Origin: Eledone cirrhosa
Taxonomy: Eukaryota
DNA: 64,000 nt
NCBI GenBank assembly: GCA_964016885.1
Contig: OZ024746.1
Span: 83,700,001-83,764,000, forward strand
Direction: 5' to 3'
In this document: positions 55,089 through 64,000 of the stretch, in pieces
How positions within the stretch are numbered: the first letter of the stretch is position 1
How the letters are laid out: each line of letters starts with the position of its first letter
Program-made: the position numbers and the translations under genes
The notes under the pieces: model-generated
The model's input: the letters and a program-made list of their open reading frames with translations, nothing else
Database searches by the model: none
Told to the model about the DNA's origin: nothing

Positions 55089-57289
55089 TTACTTAACCCT
55101 TTCATTACCATATTTCAAATCGGGGAGTGCCATGGAAAAAGGTGCCCCAAAAGGGAGAGAAATGAGGCAAAATGGGACATTTATGTTCCAACCAGCTTAA
55201 TAATGAGAACGTCAGTTATATTACTAACCCCCACCCCCAATTTTGATTATTTGATGTCATGTGGAAAATAATAAGCAACATTTTTCATTAGAAATATAGT
55301 AATGAAAGAATTAAGCTACACTAATGTGACCCCCCCCCCCCCAACACCTGTACAGTTAATCTTGTATCTCTTACAGTGTGTATTATAGAGGTCACATTAG
55401 ACAATTGACATTGGAATATCGTCATCAGTAAAGACCCCTTTTGGTCATCAATGAACCAGGGGATTTGTACCTGGAATGTTCCCTTTCAAGGCACAAGACC
55501 GGGCAAGGCGTTTTTGTGGAAGACAAGCAGTCATCTATGCATACCAGCCTTTCCTCTCCATGCCATCGATTGTCCAAGAGAAAAGCAAAGACCAATACAA
55601 CTTGGCACCCATGATGTCGCGACTCATTTCTTACAACTGAGTGAATTGGAGCAACATGAAATAAAGGGTCCTGCTCAAGGACACAATGCATGGCCTAGTC
55701 TAGGAATCAAATTCACAACCTCATGATTGTAAGCCCAACACTCTAACCACTTCACATATCATGTCATTCCAGTTGTGACTATCCTGTCTTTTGTATATCA
55801 ACGACAGTATCCAATGTCCTCCACTTTTTATTTCAAGAGTGTGATATGAAGGAAACTCCGTTACTATTTCTAATGGGTCAAGTGACCACACAGATTGTTT
55901 CTCATTATCAATAACAAGTGTTATTACCAGAGATGTACCCCTGCCTTCTCTCTAGATAAACATGCCCACCCCCTCTCATCATCATCATGGTCATTCTCAC
56001 CAACACCATTGTTATCAACTTATCAATAAGGGAAAAATGAAAATCATTAAGTGCATATACACTAGTGTGTTGTACTCTATTATATTAGATGCCTCTACAT
56101 TGTGTTATGCTTATGTTTGAGTGTAATCCAGAGATGAGTGTGTGTGTGTGTGTCTATTTATATATATCATCATCATTTTACGTCCATATATATATATATA
56201 TACACACATAATGTATTGTATCAGATCTATAGTACATATATACACCTGTACCATGTCAGATGTTAGAAAACGTGTATATCATATCAGATGGACACACACA
56301 CACACACACAAACACACGCACACACGCACACGCACGCACGCGCGCGCACACACATCCACATCTTTCTTTCTTTCTCTCTCTCTCTCTCAATTGCCTAGTC
56401 TCAATGGAGACCATGTATATCAAAATATATTAAATGCTTTGATTACCAGGTTGTGATGGTTGTGGCAGTGGTGGTTGTTGTTGTTGCTTAGACCCCCCCC
56501 CCTGTCCACACTCAACTTAACCTTGATCCAGCAAACCTATAATCAAAAGCATCCCAACATGACCATCCCATCTATTTTTGGTGGCAGTTGTGGTGGTGGT
56601 GTGGTATTGTTTTAATATAAAGTATGAATTGAGAGAGATTTGCCTGCTATTTCTAATTGGTCAAGCAGCTCTCAACTGTAGTGGTTATGGTGGTGGTGGT
56701 GGTGGTGGTGGTGGTGGTGGTGGTAATTATTATTATAGTGGTTATTGTTATTGTTTTTAATTTGGCAGTCAATCCTGATTTAATAAACCTATATATGATC
56801 AAAAGCTTTCCAGCCTTGACATTCCTGTCTTTTGGGTGGGGGTACGACTAGGACAACATTATTCAATGTGTCTCTTCCATATTTAAAATGAGTATGTGCG
56901 AATTGAGGGAGATTTGGCTGTAATTTATGACAAGTCAAGCAAGTACACAAAGATCCCCTCATTGGAACATGATTATAGTTGTTTAGCTCTAGACCAGCCT
57001 CCACGTGGACATTCCAGCTATGGCCTTTCCATCGATATTTTTCAGGCATTGTATACCTCAGACTACATTATTCCATATTATTAGATGGGATTTGAATGAC
57101 ACTTGGCTCCTATTTCTAGCAAGCTAAGCAACCACATAGAGATTCCCTTTCTTGCTCATATTGGTTTATATGTTGACAATGGTGGTAGTGGTTAAAGTAG
57201 TTGTTGTTGGTGGTAGTAGTAGTAGTAGCTGTTAGTTAGTATGATGGTGGTGGTGTCGTTACTGGCATTGTTGTAGTTGATGTGGTGGT

Positions 57290-60200
57290 GGTGGTGATAG
57301 TAGTGGCTGTTGTAGTTAGTGTGATGTTGATGATGGTGGTGGAGGTTGTAGTTAGTGGATGGTGGTGGTCATAGTAGTGGCTGTTGTAGTTAGTGTGATG
57401 TTGATGATGGTGGTGGTGGAGGTTGTAGTTGATGTGGTGGTGGTGATAGTAATGGCTGTTGTAGTTAGTGTGATGTTGATGATGGTGGTGGTGGAGGTTG
57501 TAGTTGATGTGGTGGTGGTCATAGTAGTGGCTGTTGTAGTTAGTGTGATGTTGATGATGGTGGTGGTGGAGGTTGTAGTTGATGTGGTGGTGGTGATAGT
57601 AATGGCTGTTGTAGTTAGTGTGATGTTGATGATGGTGGTGGTGGAGGTTGTAGTTGATGTGGTGGTGGTCATAGTAGTGGCTGTTGTAGTTAGTGTGATG
57701 TTGATGATGGTGGTGGTGGAGGTTGTAGTTGATGTGGTGGTGGTGGTCATAGTAGTGGCTGTTGTAGTTAGTGTGATGTTGATGATGGTGGTGGTGGAGG
57801 TTGTAGTTGATGTGGTGGTAGTGGTGATAGTAGTGGCTGTTGTAGTTAGTGTGATGTTGATGATGGTGGTGGTGGAGGTTGTAGTTGATGTGGTGGTAGT
57901 GGTGATAGTAGTGGCTGTTGTAGTTAGTGTGATGTTGATGATGGTGGTGGTGGAGGTTGTAGTTAGTGGATGGTGGTGGTCATAGTAGTGGCTGTTGTAG
58001 TTAGTGTGATGTTGATGATGGTGGTGGTGGAGGTTGTAGTTGATGTGGTGGTGGTGATAGTAGTGGCTGTTGTAGTTAGTGTGATGTTGATGATGGTGGT
58101 GGTGGAGGTTGTAGTTGATGTGGTGGTGGTGGTGATAGTAGTGGCTGTTGTAGTTAGTGTGATGTTGATGATGGTGGTGGTGGAGGTTGTAGTTGATGTG
58201 GTGGTAGTGGTGATAGTAATGGCTGTTGTAGTTAGTGTGATGTTGATGATGGTGGTGGTGGAGGTTGTAGTTGATGTGGTGGTAGTGGTGATAGTAGTGG
58301 CTGTTGTAGTTAGTGTGATGTTGATGATGGTGGTGGTGGAGGTTGTAGTTGATGTGGTGGTGGTGATAGTAATGGCTGTTGTAGTTAGTGTGATGTTGAT
58401 GATGGTGGTGGTGGAGGTTGTAGTTGATGTGGTGGTAGTGGTGATAGTAGTGGCTGTTGTAGTTAGTGTGATGTTGATGATGGTGGTGGTGGAGGTTGTA
58501 GTTGATGTGGTGGTGGTGATAGTAATGGCTGTTGTAGTTAGTGTGATGTTGATGATGGTGGTGGTGGAGGTTGTAGTTGATGTGGTGGTAGTGGTGATAG
58601 TAGTGGCTGTTGTAGTTAGTGTGATGTTGATGATGGTGGTGGTGGAGGTTGTAGTTGATGTGGTGGTAGTGGTGATAGTAGTGGCTGTTGTAGTTAGTGT
58701 GATGTTGATGATGGTGGTGGTGGAGGTTGTAGTTGATGTGGTGGTAGTGATAGTAATGGCTGTTGTAGTTAGTGTGATGTTGATGATGGTGGTGGTGGAG
58801 GTTGTAGTTGATGTGGTGGTAGTGGTGATAGTAGTGGCTGTTGTAGTTAGTGTGATGTTGATGATGGTGGTGGTGGAGGTTGTAGTTGATGTGGTGGTGG
58901 TGGTGATAGTAGTGGCTGTTGTAGTTAGTGTGATGTTGATGATGGTGGTGGTGGAGGTTGTAGTTGATGTGGTGGTAGTGGTGATAGTAATGGCTGTTGT
59001 AGTTAGTGTGATGTTGATGATGGTGGTGGTGGAGGTTGTAGTTGATGTGGTGGTAGTGGTGATAGTAGTGGCTGTTGTAGTTAGTGTGATGTTGATGATG
59101 GTGGTGGTGGAGGTTGTAGTTGATGTGGTGGTGGTGGTCATAGTAGTGGCTGTTGTAGTTAGTGTGATGTTGATGATGGTGGTGGTGGTGGAGGTTGTAG
59201 TTGATGTGGTGGTAGTGGTCATAGTAGTGGCTGTTGTAGTTAGTGTGATGTTGATGATGGTGGTGGTGGAGGTTGTAGTTGATGTGGTGGTGGTGGTCAT
59301 AGTAGTGGCTGTTGTAGTTAGTGTGATATTGATGATGGTGGTGGTGGAGGTTGTAGTTGATGTGGTGGTAGTGGTGATAGTAGTGGCTGTTGTAGTTAGT
59401 GTGATGTTGATGATGGTGGTGGTGGAGGTTGTAGTTGATGTGGTGGTGGTGGTCATAGTAGTGGCTGTTGTAGTTAGTGTGATGTTGATGATGGTGGTGG
59501 TGGTGGAGGTTGTAGTTGATGTGGTGGTAGTGGTGATAGTAGTGGCTGTTGTAGTTAGTGTGATGTTGATGATGGTGGTGGTGGAGGTTGTAGTTGATGT
59601 GGTGGTAGTGGTCATAGTAGTGGCTGTTGTAGTTAGTGTGATGTTGATGATGGTGGTGGTGGTGGAGGTTGTAGTTGATGTGGTGGTGGTGGTCATAGTA
59701 GTGGCTGTTGTAGTTAGTGTGATGTTGATGATGGTGGTGGTGGTGGAGGTTGTAGTTGATGTGGTGGTGGTGGTCATAGTAGTGGCTGTTGTAGTTAGTG
59801 TGATGTTGATGATGGTGGTGGTGGTGGAGGTTGTAGTTGATGTGGTGGTGGTGGTCATAGTAGTGGCTGTTGTAGTTAGTGTGATGTTGATGATGGTGGT
59901 GGTGGTGGAGGTTGTAGTTGATGTGGTGGTAGTGGTGGTGATAGTAGTGGCTGTTGTAGTTAGTGTGATGTTGATGATGGTGGTGGTGGAGGTTGTAGTT
60001 GATGTGGTGGTGGTGGTGGTCATAGTAGTGGCTGTTGTAGTTAGTGTGATGTTGATGATGGTGGTGGTGGAGGTTGTAGTTGATGTGGTGGTAGTGGTGG
60101 TGATAGTAGTGGCTGTTGTAGTTAGTGTGATGTTGATGATGGTGGTGGTGGAGGTTGTAGTTGATGTGGTGGTAGTGGTGGTGGTGGTGGTGGTGGTGGT
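57290..60200. repeat. 75-84 bp trinucleotide-based minisatellite, approx. 38 units
   Basis: Unit ATAGTAGTGGCTGTTGTAGTTAGTGTGATGTTGATGATG(GTG)nGAGGTTGTAGTTGAT(GTG)n; length variants differ by 3 nt. Confidence 0.97.
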
Positions 60201-60689
60201 GGATGTATCTGTAGCAGTTGGTGATGGTAATGTCAGCATTCATGTGGTGGTGGTGGTGGTGGTGGTGGTGGTTGTTATTAACCCCATGTCAGCCATGATT
60301 GAGTGGACTATGATCAAAAACACACCATCCATGGCCATCCCAATATATTTATCTGCTGCTACATTATCCAAAGATTGTAGGCTGTGATATAAAGAAGATT
60401 TGGCTGCTGTTTTTACCGGTTGAAGTAATAGTATAGTGAGAGGCTCCCACTTTGGCATTTGTGAATGTAGTCATAGTTAGTGGAAGTGGTTGTAGTAATA
60501 GTAGTTGTCCAGTTGGTATAGTGATGGTGGCGATGATGGCGGTGGTAGTAGTAAGGTGAAGGGGTTGTGGATAGGTGGTACATCAGTTGTAGGTACCGAA
60601 GAGAAGGGATGGCTGGTATATATAGGAAGGTAAATAAAAGACTGTACGCAAGTATGTATGTGTGTAGATATAGGTAGGTAAAATAGTTG

Positions 60690-60852
60690 GTATGTGTATA
60701 TATATATATGTGTGTGTGTGTGTGTATATATGTGTGTGTGTGTGTGTGTGTGTATGTGTGTGTGTGTATATGTGTGTGTGTGTATATATATGTGTGTGTG
60801 TGTATATATGTGTGTGTGTGTGTGTATATATATGTGTGTGTGTGTGTGTGTG

Positions 60853-60895
<43 letters not shown>

Positions 60896-61011
60896 GTGTG
60901 TGTGCGTGTGTGTGTGTGTGTGTATATATATATATGTGTGTGTGTGTGTATATATATATATGTGTGTGTGTGTGTGTGGTGTGTATATATATATATATAT
61001 GTGTGTGTGTG

Positions 61012-61068
<57 letters not shown>

Positions 61069-61111
61069 CTGCGTGTGTGTGTGTGTGTATATATATATAT
61101 GTGTGTGTGTG

Positions 61112-61162
<51 letters not shown>

Positions 61163-61190
61163 TGTGTATATATATATATGTGTGTGTGTG

Positions 61191-61269
<79 letters not shown>

Positions 61270-61296
61270 CTGCGTGTGTGTGTGTGTGTATATATA
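60690..61296. repeat. Compound (TG)n/(TA)n microsatellite
   Basis: Direct reading. Confidence 0.95.
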
Positions 61297-61636
61297 GCGT
61301 CAGAAAGGTTGTATTGATGTTGGATTCTGTCTTAAAGAAGTCTCCACGTCCAGCACATGACAGCTTGGAAAAGTAGACATTAAAAACCACAATGGTGATT
61401 ATATATATTTATATATATGTATGTATATATATAAATTTATATATAGGGAATGTAATGTGTAGTTACTGTAGGTTCACCTGAACCTCGAGCTCATCAATAG
61501 CGAAACGCGCGTCACTACCCAGTAAACATAATGAAGACATAATAAATCGTCCTTTTATTATTATCATCATTATTATTAAAGTACCAGTAATGCACTGGAT
61601 AATTGCTGGCCTTGTGCCTAAAGTAGAAACAATTAT

Positions 61637-61691
<55 letters not shown>

Positions 61692-61692
<1 letters not shown>

Positions 61693-61809
61693 GAAAATGT
61701 TTAACCCCGACGGCAGGGCTCAAGCCGTTTCAATGACTATTTCTGGACTCCAGTCCAGAAATAGCCGTCGAAACAGCTTGAGCTCTGCCGTCGGGGTTAA
61801 ACATTTTCC
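61692..61809. repeat. 118-bp near-perfect palindrome (58-bp arms, 2-nt loop), possible foldback MITE
   Basis: Arms differ at 5 positions, all transitions; TTAA-CCCC/GGGG-TTAA near the ends. Confidence 0.92.
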
Positions 61810-61971
61810 TATTACCCACTCTACTACCCTAAGTATTGAGTACTCTGGGGCGTTATGGTCCATCTCGTTCCTTACCACACCTCCTTCGTTTTATATATAT
61901 ATATATATATATATATAACCCATGCAAACATGGAAAAGCGGGCGTAAAACTACTGATGATGATGATATATA

Positions 61972-62167
61972 TAATAATAATTGTTTCTACTTTAGGCACA
62001 AGGCCAGCAATTACCCAGTGCATTACTGGTACTTTATTTTATCGACCTCGTAAGGATGAAAGGCAAAGTCAACCTCGGCGGGATTTGAACTCAGATCGTA
62101 AAGGGACGTAACTATGCTGGAAAACATGGCGTCCGACCCTCTACTGATACTGCCAATCCACCGCCCT
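61972..62167 (-). mobile_element. Young full-length SINE family A copy
   Basis: Minus strand GGGCGGTGGATTGGCAGTATCAGTAGAG..GAGTTCAAATCCCGCC..CCTTTCATCCTTACGAGGTCGATAAAATAAAGTACC..(ATT)n. Confidence 0.88.
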
Positions 62168-62305
62168 TTAAATAAACATATATATTATAATAATAATATA
62201 TATATAATAATAATAATATAATATATAAATATAATAATAATAATAATAATGTACGTGTGTGTGTGTGTCTGTGTGTGTGTATGTGTGTGTCTGTATGTAT
62301 GCATT

Positions 62306-62362
<57 letters not shown>

Positions 62363-62451
62363 ATATATAAATATGTGTGTGTGTGTCTGTATGTATGCAT
62401 CTGTATATGTGTATATATATATATGTGTGTATGTGTCTGTATGTATGCATC

Positions 62452-62486
<35 letters not shown>

Positions 62487-63301
62487 GTGTGTACATGTGT
62501 GTGTGTATATAAGGGTAGGTAAGAACGTGGGTAGGTAGTGGTGGTGGTTTCAGGGTGGGTATGGCACAACATATAGTTTTTAAGCCTATATTGATTGCTC
62601 TGTCTGTGTTTAAGAACTGTAATCTCTTCATAGCCACAACTCTGCTCATGCCACTCTGCAGTCCAGCACATCATCTGATCATCTGTTACTTCTTCTGGAG
62701 GGATAGTTTACTGACCTGCCCCAGCGCCTCATCATTCCTCCCACCCTGAACTCTTCTCCTCTTTTCTTATTTCTTCTTCCATTATTTCTTCCTTCCAAAG
62801 AATTGCTGCATTCAACAGTTTATCTTTCTTCTTTCTCATCTACTTATAATGTGTCTCTGTTTAGATTTTTGTTGCTGCTGTTGCCCCCCCCCCTCTCTCT
62901 CTCATTCTCCTCTCTATCTCCCCCACTTGAAATAGGACCTATGGGGGTGGTGGAGGAAGGGGTAATGTAGATAGGAATAATGGTAGTGTTGAGGACGATG
63001 ATGATGATAATGGTGGTGAATATGAAGTAGGTGGTAGTGGTGGTGGTGGTGAAGATGCAGTTGTTGCTCTTGTTGTTCAGTGCCAGGTCGGGCCTGATCT
63101 AGTTGACCTAGGATCAAAGGTGTTCTACCAATGACCATCCTATCTGGGAAATGGGCAAAAGTTCAAACCCTTGTTTATAAGCTGAGGCAGTTAATCACAT
63201 TATGTTTAAATGGCATGGTTTTGAAATTCTCATTAGTGGGGAATATATTTATGAAGTTTTAGTATTTCAATATTTAAAATGTTTTAAAGTGTCGTTTAGA
63301 G

Positions 63302-63629
63302 CAGTGGTCAGCAACCGGTGGTCCAAGAGAAAATGTTCATGGTCCACAGAAAAATTTGGACATTATTTGCAATTTTTATGTTTTATTAATAATAAAACAA
63401 AAATAATATTCTGTTAAAATATATTTTATAACCCCCTAAAATTATTTCTCCTTAGTAAAGACCTAACATCCATAAAAGAATTCTACACATATGTATCATC
63501 TATCGACAACATGACACACGTACACTTAAGTATTGTTTCGACCATTGACCATTAATTCATATTAGTGGTCCGCAGGATTTAAAATTATGAATTAGTGGTC
63601 CATGATGTCCGAAAGGTTGGTGACTGCTG
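63302..63629. mobile_element. hAT (Charlie-like) non-autonomous element, 328 bp
   Basis: TIRs CAGTGGTCAGCAACC / GGTTGGTGACTGCTG; 8-bp TSD GTTTAGAG / CTTTAGAG; subterminal GTGGTCC repeats. Confidence 0.85.
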
Positions 63630-64000
63630 CTTTAGAGTATATTTTTTTTGTTTCACAACTCTATTGTGTTATGATTGCTTACCAATTTCTGACTGTTTCA
63701 AAACACATAAAAAAAACAATAGTAATTTCACCTCCAAAATTAAACCAATGTAATATTTACCGGTGTAATATTCACCTCCAAAGCAAAAATATTTTAGTAC
63801 CTCATTTACGTAGAATTTGAAGTTGGTGAAATCGGCAAAATATTGACCTCGAATATAAGCCAACAACCCCCATTTGCCCGTCAAATTTTTTGTCACATAT
63901 TTCTTGGCTCATATACCAGCATATACAGCATATCCCTCTCTTTTGAAGGAAAAAAAAAAGGGTGGTGGGTTGAGGGAGGTCTGATTAATATTTCTGCATA

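Noticed and set aside
57359-60387. Poly-Val plus-strand and poly-Thr minus-strand ORFs
   Set aside because: Alternative frames of the same trinucleotide-based minisatellite
61972-62167. tRNA gene
   Set aside because: A/B boxes belong to a SINE head; no cloverleaf and it continues into a repeat body
63706-63890. Possible pogo/Tigger-like MITE end (TATTTACCGGTGTAATATTCACC, CTCGAATATAAGCC)
   Set aside because: No matching second TIR or TSD visible in the window; too weak to call

Overview
This is AT-rich, microsatellite-dense eukaryotic (animal) DNA. The SINE families, (TA)n/(CA)n load and TE mix look like a coleoid cephalopod, probably Octopus; that assignment is inference only. I see no intact multi-exon gene, rRNA, tRNA or CRISPR array, and nearly all long ORFs in the track are artefacts of simple repeats. 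The window is mostly intronic or intergenic. It holds four or more dispersed SINE-like families, TTAA-flanked (piggyBac-type) MITEs, a hAT MITE, a deleted maT (DD37D) element and a decayed mariner. It also holds a CRE-clade endonuclease fragment and four young RTE LINE 3' pieces stacked in an approximately 7.5 kb (TA)n field; the longest piece has a PHD-type zinc finger inside its RT. There are three large minisatellites, one of them built from a SINE tRNA head, plus a 118-bp palindrome and two hammerhead-like motifs. A few isolated candidate exons belong to unidentified host gene(s). Coordinates of degenerate repeats are approximate and were read by eye.
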